Notes: a model not told the origin generated them from the sequence alone. Shown: positions 37,751-54,307, counted from the stretch's first letter. The stretch: 64,000 bases of DNA from Octopus vulgaris (GCA_951406725.2 OX597814.1:93930001-93994000), one strand, 5' to 3'. Numbers and translations are program-made.

Positions 37751-37868
<118 letters not shown>

Positions 37869-37870
37869 CA

Positions 37871-38083
37871 AGGCGGCGAGCTGGCAGAGTGATTAGCACA
37901 CCGGGAAAATGCTTAATGATATTTCGTCCGTCGTTACGTTCTGAGTTCGAAATTCTGCCGAGGTCGACTTTGCCTTTCATCCTTTCCGGGTCGATATATT
38001 AAATACCAGTGAAACACGGGAGTCGATGTAATCGACTAGTTCCCTCCCATTAAATTTGAGGCTTTGTGCCTCCAGCAAAAAGG

Positions 38084-38142
<59 letters not shown>

Positions 38143-38870
38143 GATTATTATTAAGGCAGCGAGTCGACAGAACAGTTAGCACGCCGGATAAAATGGTTAG
38201 CAGCATTTCACCCATCATTATATTCTGAGTTCAAATTTCGCCAGGGTCGATTATGCTTTTCATCATTTCTGTGTCTATAAAATAAGTGATATTTGATCAC
38301 TGAAGTCGATGTAATCGACTTAGCCCCTCCCACGAAATTGCTGGCCTTGTGCCAAAATTTCTAATCATTATAATTACATTTGGGTTTTATTTTTTTTACT
38401 GAAATGGCGTGCTGGCAGGATTGTTAAAGCATTGGGATTGGGAAAATTAGAGCGTCGAAAAAAAAAATGCTTTTTTTCAACTAAGTCCTCACGTTCTGAG
38501 TTCAAATTTCGCCGAAGTCGACTTTACCTTTCATCCTTTCGGCGTCGATAACTTAAGTACCAGTGAAACACTAGAGTCGATGTCATTGACTAGTCCCTTT
38601 CCACCAAAGTTTCAAGACCTTGTGCCTTTAGTAGAAAATAAAAAAATATTGTTGAAGGCGGCGAGTTGGCAGAATCGCTAGCATGCCGGAAAAAACGCTT
38701 AGAAGCATTTTGTCCGTCACTATATTCTGATTTCAAATTCCGCTGAGGGCGACTTTGCTTTTCATACTTTCAGAGTCGATAAAATAAGTATCAGTTGAAC
38801 ACTGGGGTTTATGTTATCGACCCATTCTCTTCCCCAAAATTGCTGCCCCTGTGGCAAAATTTGAAACTAT
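37871..38870 (+). mobile_element. Cluster of four head-to-tail family B SINEs separated by (TTA)n
   Basis: aaggcggcgagctggcaga..gttag..ttctgagttcaaatt..gtcgacttt heads at ~37871, 38152, 38403 and 38655. Confidence 0.8.
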
Positions 38871-38950
38871 TATTATTGTTGTCGTTGTTGTTGTTATAAT
38901 ATTGTTGTTACTGTCTTGTAATTGCTGTTTTCTGCGGGTGCTGCTGCCAT

Positions 38951-38998
<48 letters not shown>

Positions 38999-39026
38999 GT
39001 TATATATCTGTGTGCGTATGAGTGTT

Positions 39027-39070
<44 letters not shown>

Positions 39071-39132
39071 AACGCACGCGTGCGCGCGGACACACAGACA
39101 CACACACACACAAGCAAATATAAAACGGTGGT

Positions 39133-39194
<62 letters not shown>

Positions 39195-39554
39195 ACAGGA
39201 GATAGAGAGAGATACACTGTCCACTTCTGAAAAATCAACAAACCTATCAGTAGTCCATGTGTATAAGACAGTAGGTAAATCAACAGCGTCCGTCAGCCGT
39301 GCACGAACACATTCTATTGTTTATTTACCTGTATTCAATTAATATTTGCGGAAAAACACTTATCTAGAACCAATTGTTGTTTCATATCTCTCGACTATTT
39401 AATTGTTCTGAGTCAGATATTAAATTTGAAAGCGATGTTTTATTCATATTCTCTTTACACAGCCGCAGTAACTATTGTATTATAGTATATATTCTGATAG
39501 CTCGTTTTATATTTCTTATTCCAACATGATATCTGTGACTACATTTACAAATAA

Positions 39555-39626
<72 letters not shown>

Positions 39627-40537
39627 AGATGAAAATAACGACTATTATTTACGATGCTTAGTTCATGTTGGGGTCATGTTTGTCAATGTCTATTTTATAC
39701 ACTTACAATTAAATATTTAACCATTCTAAAAATATTAGTTAACTTGATTAACGACAGAAGAAACACACGCGCGCGCATATAAACATTTCTTTATATACAT
39801 ATGAATATATGCTTATCTATACGTGTATTCATACTCACTAACACAAAACATAGGTAGACACACACAGTCACTCACTTACGCTCACATACACAGATCGACA
39901 CACACACAGTCGCATAAACATACATACATACAACATGTAGGTATGTATAATCGCAACGCAGGATTCATAACAGTCTGGTCACTCTCTCCTTTCTCTACTC
40001 CAGGTATTGTAGAGGGAAACAGGTTACCTATTTTGCACGATACATACAATGCAACCTAATAAAGCACATTTATATATTTTGTAGTAAAATATTTGACAAG
40101 GTCACGCTATCAAAACGCATATGTGTACACAAACCAACGAACATACCTGTTTATGTGTACAGAAGGAAGTGTCTGTGTATATACGTATGTAGATGCATGT
40201 GTCATTATTCAGTTTTAGTTCAAATTTTCTTGTCAATAGAGAAAGAGCCGGTTTCTAACCTAGATCCAAGGCTTCCTCATTGGAATCTCAACATCAACAA
40301 CAGGGTATTTTTTTATGTATGTATGCATGTATTTTTGTACGTATGTATGTATGTATGTATGTATGTATGTATGTATGTATGTATGTATGTATGTATGTAT
40401 GTATGTATGTATGTATAAATATATATTCACTATATAAATATATGCATTTATATAAACATACATAAATACATTTAAACGTATAAGTATGAATATATGTATG
40501 TATATAGGTATCTATGTATACATATGGATGTGTGTAT

Positions 40538-40587
<50 letters not shown>

Positions 40588-40704
40588 GCATGCATACACA
40601 GAATCATATATATATATACATACTTATATATATATATATCTTCCCAGCTGTCTATGTATCAATATATCTAACCATCTAATATATATTATGTGTGTGTTTG
40701 TGTG

Positions 40705-40775
<71 letters not shown>

Positions 40776-41365
40776 GTGTGTGTGTGTTTGTATTCTAATT
40801 CTTATTTGATGCATGCTCAATCTTAAATTCCTAACGTTATAACTTCATGAATGGTTTCGTTGTTCTTTAATGATTTCAGTATCTATAATTAGGAATTCAG
40901 CATATATATTTATGTTTTTGAATTTGTCTCTTCCTATGTGCAGGTAAGCACAAATACGACCTCAAATATTTGACTACTTGTGAACACGTACACACAAGAA
41001 TCGCAAACACACTGTTTGTATTCGTACAGTAGTTTTAAAACCAGACAGCTCCGGCCTTGTTAAGACATGAATATCGTAGTGACAATCATCTCCCGTGCTT
41101 ATTGTTAGTGTTGTTGTTGAGCGCCAGATTTGATTGGATAGACCAGTGCTGAAAATGGGTTCCCGCCATGACCATGCAGTCTATTTATGTATCACGTACA
41201 AAATTGTCCAACGTGCTTTTCCATTTTTTTGAAAATAGTGGCGTATAGTTCAAGTAATTAGGTTGCTATTTTCTACGAACAGATTAACAACGTAATGGAT
41301 CTTTTTATAATTAGCAGAATAATTTTCTTTTCTTCTTTGTTTGTTTGTTTGTTTCTTTCTTTCAT

Positions 41366-41484
<119 letters not shown>

Positions 41485-41567
41485 GTCTGTCTATCTATTT
41501 ACATGTCACGCTGTTTGTCTCTGAGTTTATTTTTCTATCTCTCTCTTCCTCCCTCTCTTTATGTATG

Positions 41568-41601
<34 letters not shown>

Positions 41602-42423
41602 TGTATGTATGTATGTATGTATGTATGTATCTATGTATGTATGTATTTATGTATGTATGTAAGTTTGTACTTATTAGTATATATGTGTATATTTATGTGT
41701 GCATGCCTGTGTGTGTACACGCGCTTGCGCGCATGCAATTGCGTATGTGCAATTGCGCCCACTAGTTTCAATTTATCTGAGATGGACCTAAAAAATTTGA
41801 ACGTAGTTACGATCATTCGCTAATGTGTACATGACAATGGGTATGACATTTATGAGAAAATCATTTGTTGTCATCTCTCAGGCACCAGGCAATGTGCCGT
41901 TCTTTAAAATCTTCTGCAGAATGAATATGCGTTGTTGGGGAGGCATGAAAGCATCGGCTCGGTGCGCATTTCTTCTGCTCATCACGCCATTGGGTCCAGT
42001 TTAGTTGTTTTTCTACTCTTGTAGAGCACCTAAATGTTGGTTCGATTAAAGAGGTTAATTTCATTAAAAAGATGAAATGTATGATGTTTTGAGAAATGTT
42101 ACCTCATTAGAGAGGGGAAGTAAATTGCAACACTGGATTTTCACTAGTGTTGTATGCTGGGGTAGACAATACGATTAGTACTTTCAATGTGCCCCAAGGC
42201 GGTTGCTAAATCCTTTTGCCGGGTACTTTAATCTTCAATGGGTATCGACTAGGTTTTAGAGAACACTTTAGTACACTGCAGTTCTGTTGAAGATGGTTGT
42301 GTTGGGCGATTATGTACAATTAGTGCTTATTGGAACATGTATGATGATGTCGGTAGCTGTTTGGATTGTGTGTAAACTGATAATTGATACAGATTTGTTC
42401 TATCAAACGACCTTGATATTCCA

Positions 42424-43384
42424 ACTTTAGTTTAAGATGACACCTGAGAAGTTTGTCCTTGTTACGTTCTCTTCGGCTGTTACCCTCAGATTAAATTTAT
42501 TGAATATTATAGATTTTTCTTCGTCAAGAATATCAGCTGCGCATCCATTACACTGTTTGAAAGTTTGAGTCCCTCATCCCTATATAGGCCCACGCTAATT
42601 TCTTTAAAACAGCTCCGAATTTCCTAGACTAGGAACAAGCTTTTCAAATCGCATAATTAGGCTCATGTCTGCTTATGGTAATATAAAAATAACCTCATTC
42701 TGTTTTCACCAAGCATGCATTCTTTATAATAAAGAATAAACATTCTGGGATCTATCTATCTGAATATATCACCCAAGGTAGAAAACTGGTGATTTTTAAA
42801 AGAAAATTTTTGCTGATGGAAGATAAACAAACAATTGCATGAAATTGGATAAATGTACATATAGTTTTATCTTGACGCAGCTGAACCACGTAATGAATGC
42901 CGGTTCAAATATTTAAATTCGTAGACTGCTCTCTGTAAGCGTTCACTCTGTTTTCCTAATCGCTGTTCAGTTAGCAATTTCAGTATTATATGAGGACTTT
43001 TCTATGAGAAGACCTCGTCTCACAGCCTCCTCTATTCTTAGCGAAAAGGAGGCTCTACTTAGGCCTAAGAATACTTCCCACGGCACAAAATAGTCGGTTA
43101 GCGATGGGGGAGAAAAAAGAGAGAGACAGGGAAAGAGAGATACACAGACACGCAAGGAAAAAATAAAATGATAGAAGATTCGATCCCTGTAATTGATTGC
43201 TATTTAGTTTATCGACACATCAAGCAAAGTTGATCTCAGAGTGACTTCATCATAATGAAGAGTCACTTTAGTTTAAGATGACACCTGAGAAGTTTGTCCT
43301 TGTTACGTTCTCTTCGGCTGTTACCCTCAGATTAAATTTATTGAATATTATAGATTTTTCTTCGTCAAGAATATAAGCTGCGCA
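42424..43384. repeat. ~120-bp near-identical direct repeat (42424-42543 and 43265-43384)
   Basis: actttagtttaagatgacacctgagaag...tcaagaatat(c/a)agctgcgca; one mismatch seen. Confidence 0.85.
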
Positions 43385-43577
43385 AGCGATTTTGCAGATA
43401 ACGCAAACGATTTTGTCCCACAAACTAACGGCTCTTCCCGTTTTTACTGTAACTAAGCTCGAATGAATATATTGCAGACAAATTTATGTAGGTTTAATGA
43501 GAATTCATATATATATACATGCATAATTCATACATATACATACATATATATTTACATACAAACACAAACACACACAC

Positions 43578-43682
<105 letters not shown>

Positions 43683-43734
43683 TGTATGTATGTATGTATG
43701 TATGTATGTATGTATATATAAATGTGTGTGTGTA

Positions 43735-44628
43735 TACGAAGGTGCAAAAAGTAACCGGAAACGTTCTCCTTAGCACATACCCGTTGTAGTTCAGGCTTCC
43801 GCTGCTAGAAGCCTCTTGATGCAATTTTCAGGCATCAGTCTGCCGACCGGCATCATCCACTTGCATCGTGCTACCACGTGGTACGTCTTTGTTTTACCAT
43901 GCTTTTTCCCGTTATTTTCGATGGCTGAAACGAAGGAACAGACAGTGTGTCTTCATGCAATTCTGTTTTCCGCTAGAGAAAACGGCGTTCAAATCAGGTT
44001 GTTATGCTTCAAACAGCTTATAAGGACGCTGCCATGAGCAAAACACAAGTTTAGGAGTGGTTTCCACGCTTTGGGAATGGTCACTTCTTGCTTGAAGACC
44101 AACCTCGTTCAGGATGACTGTCGACCTCCTGAATGAATGAAAACATCATGAAAATTCATGGACTAATATTGGAGGACCGTCATCGAACAAGTGACTAACT
44201 TGTTGACATGGCTAGTGTGTCCTGGTGTTCCTCCTAACGAATTTTGAGCGAGGAATTGCGAATGAAAAGAGTTGGGGCAAATGTGTACCCCGATTGCTCA
44301 CGAAAGATCAAAAGCAGTTAGGACTGAATGCGTGTCATGAACTAAAGGAACTGTTGGAAGATGATCCGGGCATTTTTTCGAAGGTCATCAATGATGACGA
44401 AAGCTGGTGCTATGGAATTTGTAGATGTGAAGAAGTAAAAAAAAATAAAACGACGGAGGCTTCACAAGGCATCATTTCGCAAGTGTTCCAGCACTGCTTG
44501 GAATAGTGGAAAACGCGCCTGGATTGATACATTGCTTCAAATGGAGAATGCTTAGAAGGCGATAAAACTGTAAACAGTGAATAAAATAATATTACAAAAT
44601 TCCGGTTCATTGGGTATACTCCCTCGTA
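43735..44628 (+). mobile_element. Internally deleted mariner, same family as 33150-34300
   Basis: TA-flanked imperfect TIRs (tacgaaggtg..accggaa / ttccggt..ccctcgta); GKCVPRLLTKDQKQ, INDDESWCYG. Confidence 0.8.
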
Positions 44629-45438
44629 TATTAAAATAGAAAACTTATTTATTTTTGTATTATTTATTCCGTATTATATGTTTCATTACTAAGATTTACA
44701 TAAGTGTGTATGTAGACAGACGCATAAGACATTTATTATTAATACTTTTGACCGAATATTGAAATATTATTCACACACACACAAACACACACACGCACAT
44801 ACGGCTAACCACAACGATCAGTATCAAACTTTTTTGCGATACGTATTTACGTGGTATCTTTGCTGGGCAGTAAATATTGTTTGGAGTGTATTGTAATATT
44901 GATAATAATAAAGAGTATGGAGACTCGTACATCCACAGAATTTATTCAGCAGTTATATACAGAACATTATAATTACCTACACGTGTTTCTATTGCAGCGA
45001 CTACTCACTGTTGCAAATGCAGCCTTGCAATATTGTCAATGCAGCTCCATCAGAACCCGTCCATTTGATAATCCTCGAGGATACACCGGTAATATTGCAA
45101 GTTTGCATTTGCAACAGTGAGTGGACACTTCAGCGGAATTACGTGTAGGACATTATAAGTGGGGTATATACGTAAAATATGAATTTTGTGGAAGCCAAAG
45201 TCTCCATAGTCTTTATTATTATTATCATTAATATTATATGTATGTATTTACATGCATTTACATGCATATGCATGTATGTATATATGTATGTTTGTGTGTA
45301 TATATGTACGTGTATGTATGTGTGTATTTCTGTGCGCGTGGGTGTGTACATACATAAATATATTTACACACACATATATACATACACATATCTGTACATA
45401 AATGTAAATATAGAATCACACACACGTATGTAGACATG

Positions 45439-45571
<133 letters not shown>

Positions 45572-45589
45572 CCAGATAGATATATATAT

Positions 45590-45639
<50 letters not shown>

Positions 45640-47448
45640 TGATAGAAAGGGAGAAAGAGAGGGGGAGAAAAAGAGAGGGAACGAGAGAAAGCTACTTATA
45701 TAACTACATACACACACAAACAAGCAGGGACATATTCGCATAGATGTGTCTTTTCGCTTGCTTGGGAAGTTAATTTAGTAGTGATAATAACAATGCCGCT
45801 ATAATGTTATCGAAATAAAAACAAGAGTTTCATACGAACACTATATTAAATGTCTGAAATATAAGTAATTCGTCGTTGTATAATACTGTAGGTTACTAAC
45901 TTAAATTACGGTTTTAGGAATCTAGGAACTTATAACAGAAGACAGAATAGAAAAATCGATTTGGAGATATCTAATGCTTACCATGTTTGTATTCTATAAA
46001 TCCCCTTTTTAAACTCACGTCAAGTTACCTGCTTTATATTTTACTAGAATATCTTTTATGTTGCATCGAGTAACACAACATAGTTAAGTAATATGCATTA
46101 GATGTGCAAGGCAACTATTTCTGATTTAATTCAAGACTGATATATTTATGCCGAAGCGTCTAACGTACAAACAATATATATGAGGTGAGTTTTAATGTTC
46201 CTTCATTTTGTCTTTCTCAACATCTGTTTCTATTCAATTTTGATAAATGTAGTACAAAGTCATTATTTTCTTTATTTCCTAGCGGTGAAGTATGCGTCCG
46301 TCCCCAGACAGTTCCAGGACGGCGAGAAAAGGTTGCTAGTCCTTCGCTCAACCTTTCTTTATTTCTGCAGAAATGAACACCGTGACCATACGTGAAATAG
46401 AGAAGGGAGACTGAGATGGGGAGAGGGAGGGGGGTATCAAGTTCAGTTTCTGATTAGTGTTTTAGTGTGTCCTGGATAAGAGTAACGACTGCATTTTAAT
46501 TCAATAAATGAGAAACTGTTAACCAGACAAAAGACTAAAACGCAAGTCTATTACCGGTAAAATTCGTTAGATATATTGAATCTACGAGAAACAAAGGTAT
46601 GAATAACATCAGTTGCATACAACAATAAGAAAAAGATAAACGTTCATGTTTCCTATTCTTTCCTTCCTAATATATTCCATTGAATCTGGCCTTTCTAGAA
46701 AAAAAAAACGGGAAAAAAACCTAGGATAAGTATAGAGTATATTTTTTAATTCATGCTTTATGGAAAATATTTGACGTAACGTCAAATACTTTCCCTCTAA
46801 AGCTTCAGGACGTTACGCTTCTACGAGAGGTTGCTTAAAAGTTCCTGGCTTTGGATAAAAGAAAATACAGAAGGATAAGTTAATTTGATGTCATTCAACA
46901 GATTCCCCTCTGAGATTCACACACTTATTGCAGCGGTCTTAAATTTTTCTAAGCCCTGGAAAAGATTTTCAGAAACTTTTCAGCCCTCACCCCCCATTGG
47001 TACTCTGTTTGACATTCCTTACACTTTCATCAAAGTGATCTGTACTTATATTCCGAACTTTCAGCCAGGTGGAAAAAAATCTGCTGTCTTCGTTGCCTTA
47101 CTGTCAGTGGTCACTATGGGGAGTATGTGTTGTATTGAGCTATGCAGAAAGTGCACAAATGTGAATTTTATTATTGAATCGTATAACAAATCTGTAAAGA
47201 TTGTACCCGTAATAATTTTTGCATTAGGGACTCTGAGTGGTGAATTAAGGAAATGATAAAGAAGATTAGAATTAAATGCCTTGTAAGGGTTCTTACGAAC
47301 AGGGAAGAATATCAGATCGGTTTCGAACACCTGATGACTAAATGAAAACATGTAGATATCTAAGGCTACAGGTGGTCACTAGCTACCCACATGGATTCTA
47401 CGAGGAATAAGATCAATTGAGCGATTTAAGCATCTATAATTGGTCAAG

Positions 47449-47681
<233 letters not shown>

Positions 47682-48249
47682 TTCTTTCTACTGGAAGCAC
47701 AAGGTCTTAAATTTGGGGGAAGGTATTAAGTCGATTACATTGATCCCAGTGAGTAACTGGTACTTTAATCGACGTTTTGCGTTTGGCTTTAGATGGTGTT
47801 TTGGTGGTGTCACTACAGGTCTAGGTTTACGGTTATCTTGGTTCTTCTTACCTGGTCGTTCGGTTTCTTGAGAGTTTGTTCCAGCAGCAGACATTTGGAC
47901 CCCAGTCTCGTCCGCCACTAGTTAACGTGGTCCTTGTCCCGGGCGATGACCGATCCGACATGATTTTTGGTCTGACATTAAAGCATTGACAGTAACAACA
48001 GAAGACGTTTATTTGTTCTTCGAATGGATATATTTATCATATCGTAGGCTGATGAATCGAAAATCGCCTCTATTTTTTGGTAACTATGTTTCCGGGTATA
48101 ACTCTTTAGTGGTGTTTTAAACTGAGTGACTAATTTGCTCTTTTTTTTATATTCGATAGGGTAGGACAGTATTTATATCGGAAAATATGTAAACACTACA
48201 AAATCAGCAGTCCTGCTTACTGGTATGAACTTCACCCTGAGCCAATCGT

Positions 48250-48785
48250 TGAAGGTTAAAATGTCACTATCCTACGAGATTTTCCAGTCGACACCGATAG
48301 AATGATCCAGGTTAATCGACCAGACATAGTCATTAAAGACAGAGAAGAAAGTAATAGTAGACTAATAGATGTAAGTGTTCCAACTGATAAAAATATATCT
48401 GTAAAGGAATTTAACAAATTAAGTAAATATAAGTATCTGAAAATTGAAATACAAATGATGTAGCATCTTAAAGCGAGAACGGTTCCTGTTATTGCGGGTA
48501 CCTTTGGTATGATAAAAAAAGGGATGTCAGAAACATTTAGATCATATTCCAGGAGAACCATGTCTGAGAGAAATCCAAAAGAGTGTGCTGACAAGTACTG
48601 CCCACATCCTAGGAAAAACCCTATCAGTTTACATGTCTGTGTTGTCTTACACTAAGATATTTCGCTACCGCATCTTGCCCTTCCCAAGTTTTCAGTCATA
48701 CTGTAACATCTCTTATATTTCACTCGCCCTAGAACACCGGGTGTGTCTCGGCGAGTGATTTTAACAAAGATGCAGATAAAAAGTA

Positions 48786-48875
<90 letters not shown>

Positions 48876-49510
48876 GCATATTGTCTCTGGCTGTCCAGTC
48901 CTGGTTAAGAACGAATATATTCACCGACACGACAGAGTTGGGAGCTACATACACTGGAAGCTATGCCAACATTACAGAATAACAACAGAAAAAAGATGGT
49001 ATAGGCACACACCAGAAAAGGTCACAGAAAACGAGAAAGCAACCATACTCTGGGATATGCCAATACACGCAGATAGAGAAATTAAGGCCAACAGACCAGA
49101 TATAGTTGTCAGAGATAACGAAGAAAAAATGCTTTCTAATTGATGTATCAATACCAGCACATGACAACATTTCTCTAAAAGAAATGAAGAAACTTTCAAA
49201 ATACAAAGACCTGGAAATAGAGGGAACTCGAATGTGGAGTCTAAAAATAGAAACAATTCCTATCATAGTAGGTGCATTAGGTAAGATAAAAAAATATTCT
49301 GGTAAAATACATAACAAAACCACCAGGACTAACAAATATATATAACATACAGAAAATAGCACTACTAGGTCCCCACACATCCTACGCAAAATACTTTCAA
49401 TACAGTAACTATAAAAGCATCACAAGAGACCACAGCACATACCCAAGGCATACAGAGCTATGTCCGGCAGTGCAGTGAAAGCATGTGATAAAAATAAGAC
49501 TGTTGAATGA
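48250..49510 (+). mobile_element. Two R4/Dong-like LINE 3' fragments (endonuclease domain + 3' UTR) in TAA tracts
   Basis: DRMIQVNRPDIVIKD..LIDVSVP..KLSKYK (48290-48440) and ILWDMPIHADREIKANRPDIV..CFLIDVSIP..KLSKYKDLEIE..IPIIVGALG (49040-49280). Confidence 0.85.
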
Positions 49511-49538
49511 TAATAATAAGAGCAACAACAACAACAAC

Positions 49539-49591
<53 letters not shown>

Positions 49592-50159
49592 GTAAGCACA
49601 ACTTGTATTGCAACAACACAATTGAATTCAGAAATTTAAAAAATCATCGACGTGAATATCAGATAATATGTGTGTGTGAGTATACATATACATATGTGTG
49701 TGGGTATATATATATATATATATATATATAGTTTTTTTCTCTTTTGCTGAATTGCTTTTCAAGGTAGCGCTGGTACTAGTAAACAGGTTTTACCTCTCTT
49801 GACCTAAAATGTCCTTTGTCTCTTTGGCTGACCTCTGCTGAATCTATTTATAGACCTATAGAACATGACCTCTTTACCAAATGCTAACCAACTATCCCCT
49901 CAAACAATGGTAGTAGTGGTGGCGATGGTTATAATGATAAAAATTTAAAAAATAATAATAAGCTACTGCTGTGACTACACATAAAACAATATCATTGATG
50001 ATGATGATGATGGTGATGGTGATAATAATAGTAATAATAATAATAACAATAATAACTGACAGATCCTTTTTTTACCGTATTTTATTCTCATTTTCTCGAA
50101 CTAACACAGGCAGAGTGAACCTTTAAAAAAAAAACTATGTTCGGAGATAAGTCTATCAA

Positions 50160-53100
50160 CAAAAAAAAAATACAGACGAATGCAGATCTGCTAGCCTTAA
50201 GAAACAGCGCTACTAACAATGTTTACATGCAGAGAATCCTAAACTGACAGATCAGTCTCTTAATGTAAGAGTCGAAGCTCGTCATGCTTCAATGTCAACA
50301 AAACAAATTACAAACCGCAATGGTCATCGAGCGGATTACAAAAGACCACGTACCCGAAAATTGAACCAAATTCTGATTGAAAAATCAGCTACTGGATCAA
50401 ATCTTCCCGACACACAGGAGCTGGATGTATCCCACAACCGGAATATTCCAACAGATGGCCATCAATGCCCGTCACTAAATAATCAAAAGAAAAAGAAGGA
50501 AAAATGGTCTAGGGAAGATAATAAAGAAGTTCTTGCGGCCTTCTACCATGCCATATATTTCCCCACAGATAAATCTAACACTGTACAAACATACTTAAAC
50601 TGGAGACAGAAACACCCTGAAGCAAGGCCCTACATAGACAGTAACAAACTTGCCAACGTCAGAAGAAATATTATAAAAAAAAAAAATTACTGACTGAAGT
50701 AGAGATTGATCAAATTAGACAAGCAGTAACAGATAAAATGAACGAAGCTGCAGCTAAAGAAGATAATACAGAGGAAATAATAATTATAGACCAGTCAGGG
50801 CTGATAAAAACGAAGTAAGGATTGAAATAGTTAGTATAAGTGATAGGCAAAGTGAAATACTCCCTGAACCAATCATAAACACTAAGACAGATGAACATCA
50901 AATAGATGAAGTCACACAAATATTGACCCAACATAGCTACATAAGCTAAAATATCAAATCATGATTGAATGGCTGAGAATTAAAGAAACCAGTATGGATG
51001 AACGCGATACACTCCCTAAAATTCGCAAATCTAACCAAAACATGAAAGTAATTGGTAAAATCCGGCTTGCACTTAAGGATATAATTTCAGCTAATGATGT
51101 TGATATCATAGACCTCAACCACCTGTACTATGCATCCGTGAAAATCTCAACGATCCTATGTTGTGAAAAGATTAGAAAACGGCAACATTCCCGCAAAAAG
51201 CCTTCTTGGCAAGAGCGTATACAACAACAAATTAAACTATTTAGATCTGACATTGAATATTTGAAAAACCTTAAGGTTGACAAGACTACCAAACCTACAA
51301 AAACCCCCAAATTAATGAAAAAATATAATATGAAAACTATACTTGATATTGATGCTACCATAGAAACCATCAAGCAAAAGGTATCTGCTAAAGCTGCCCG
51401 CATAGCGAGGTATGAAAAGCGTGTTAGATTCTTCAAGGACAACATGTTCAAAAATAACCCCAAAAGGTTTTACAGGAAGATAGGAAAAACACCAGTTACT
51501 GTAAAGTCTGTACCATCTAAAGGAGAAGTGCAGGGATTTTGGAATAAAATTTGGGCAGAAGAAAAAACACACAACGAAAAGGCCCCCTGGATTGATAGAA
51601 TATCTACAGAACTGGACTCCTTAGAAGAGCAAAAGTGGGAGGGTGTCAAGGTAGAAGATATAAGATCTGCTATCAAGAGGTCAAGCAAATGGAAGTCTCC
51701 AGGAAAGGATAAAATTCCTAACTTCTGGTTGAATGCCTTCCCAGATAGCCATGAACTGCTAACAGAACTTTACAACCATGTTTTGCAACACCCTAATAGG
51801 ATGCCTCCTTGGCTAGTTAATGGGTTAACATTCCTGCTTCCAAAAAGTGAAGAAACAAATGAATCAAAAAACTATAGACCCATAACCTGCTTAACAACTA
51901 TGTATACTAACATCTGTCCTGACGGAATACACCTATAGTTTTTTAACAGACAACAGCATATTACCTAATGAACAGAAAGGATGTAAACGTGGATCCTGTG
52001 GTTGTAAAGATCAACTACTCATCAATAAGATGATCTTAGAAGATTGTCACAAACGACACAAAAACTTATCAATAGCTTGATAAAAAGGCTTTTGATAGCC
52101 TACCACATAGCTGGATTAAGAAATGCCTGGAAATGTATAAAATAGCACCTACTCTGCGAAACTTTTTGTCTGTAAGTATGAGATCATGGAGAACCACATT
52201 AACTTTGAACAGTGACAATGAATCTCTAAATGCTGGTGATGTAAAAATTTCATGTGGCATATTCAAGCGTGACTCACTATCACCACTCCTCTTTTGTTTA
52301 GCCTTAATACCTCTCTCAAAATTGCTCAATGACGTGCAGTACGGATATAAAATGTTTGATAAAATTATAAATCATCTCATTTACATGGATGATTTAAAGC
52401 TTTTTGCAAAAAATGACCAACAACTCAAGGGCTTACTAGCGATTGTTAAACAATTCAGTGATGACGTCAGAATGCAATTTGGCCTCGATAAATGTGCAAA
52501 AGCTACCTTTATCAAAGGAAAAATGACAGAGGCATCTAACGTTAACCGTGACCAGCAGAATGTCATAAAAGAATTAGACCCAGCGGAGAGCTACAAGTAT
52601 CTAGGGATAATTGAAGGGGCCGGAATAAGGCATTCAGTGATGAAGGAAAGGATCAGGAAAGAATCTTATCGCAGAGTAAGAGCAATACTCAAGACAGAGC
52701 TGAAAGCAAGAAACAGGATCGAAGCGATCAATGCTTTAGCCATACCAGTCGTGACTTATAGTTTCAATATCGTTAACTGGTCAATTACTGAAATATGTAA
52801 TCTTGACAGAAAAATACGAAAACTGTTGTCAATGCATAGAATGCACCACCCTAAAGTAGATACAGAACGACTTTATCTGCCAAGAAAAGATGGAGGCCGT
52901 GGACTTTTACAACTGGCAATAACAATGAAGATTGCTACAATTGGCATAGACACCTACCTGCAAAACTCTGAGGACTGGATGTTAAAACTTGTCTCAAAAC
53001 ATGAAAACAGTAACAAAACAAGCAAAGGAATATCTAAGTGAATTCCGAATACAACAAATTTCGGAATTAGACATACAAGAAACAAGCACAGAAAAAGCTA

Positions 53101-54090
53101 AGCACATAAAAACTCGTGCTAAAACTGCGGCCTTAGATATTTTGAATGATAAATGGCAAGAAAAACCTTTCTATGGCAAATACCCAAAGAGAGTGAATAA
53201 TGCAGATGTTGACAAAGCCCTGACCCATCAATGGCTAATGGCCTCTGGCTTAAAATCTGAAACAGAAGGGTTTATCATAGCAGCTCAAGATCAATGCCTA
53301 CCAACATATTAAAGAACGGCAGTAGCCCAACATGTCGTGTATGTCAACAACAAAATGAAACACCATTGATCATGTTGTCTCCAAGTGCAGTCTTCTAGCG
53401 CCTACAGAGTATCTCAACAGGCATGATAGAGCTGCAGAATATATTCACTGGGTAATTTTCAAAAACCCGGATTTGCCCCATGAAAAAAACTGGTGGGAAC
53501 ACAAACCACCTCCAGTGCTTGAAAATGACCACATCTCACTCCTCTGGAACTTCACCATTCAAACTGACAGAAAGATAGATGCAAATAGGCCAGACATCAT
53601 ATTGAAAGACTTCAGACAAAAAAGATGCCTCCTCATTGATATGACTGTCCCAATCGATATAAACGTATCTGTCAAGATCTACCAAAAACTGAGCAAATAT
53701 AAAGATCTTGAAATAGAAATCAGCAAAATGTGGAAGCTGAAGACTAAAACAATACCTGTTGTCATAGGGGCCCTGGGAATGATAGCAAAAGGGGCTGATT
53801 GCTACCTAACTCAGATACCAGGAAACCCCAAAATGGCAGAAATTCAAAAGATAGTGCTCATGGGAACTACTCATATCCTACGCAAAATACTTTCTATGTA
53901 ATCCCAAGGTTAAAAACAAACGTAATTTGCGTTTTTTTTAGACATTCACTAGTACAACACCAAAAAAACCCCCAAATATATGGCACACTAGGCATCACAA
54001 CAACATGAACTTCCAACCTGTTGTCTCTTGAGGTCTCTGGGTGAGACTTGGAGCCAACTTGTACAAATATAAAGCAAAAGTCAAACATAG
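50160..54090 (+). mobile_element. Near full-length R4/Dong-like LINE (RT + zinc knuckle + restriction-like endonuclease), frameshifted
   Basis: ORF pieces 50292-53901: KWSREDN, WKSPGKDKI, NYRPITCL, GIFKRDSLSPLLF, HLIYMDDLKLF, SETEGFIIAAQDQ, ANRPDIIL, KLSKYKDLEIE; bounded by TAA repeats on both sides. Confidence 0.92.
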
Positions 54091-54199
54091 AATAATAATA
54101 ATAATAATAATGATAATAATAATTTTCACCTCGCAATAACCACGCCTCGGATAACCCTCACTGGCCATGGCACCGACAAGTCATCCGGATTATTATTAA

Positions 54200-54257
<58 letters not shown>

Positions 54258-54261
54258 GTTA

Positions 54262-54307
<46 letters not shown>

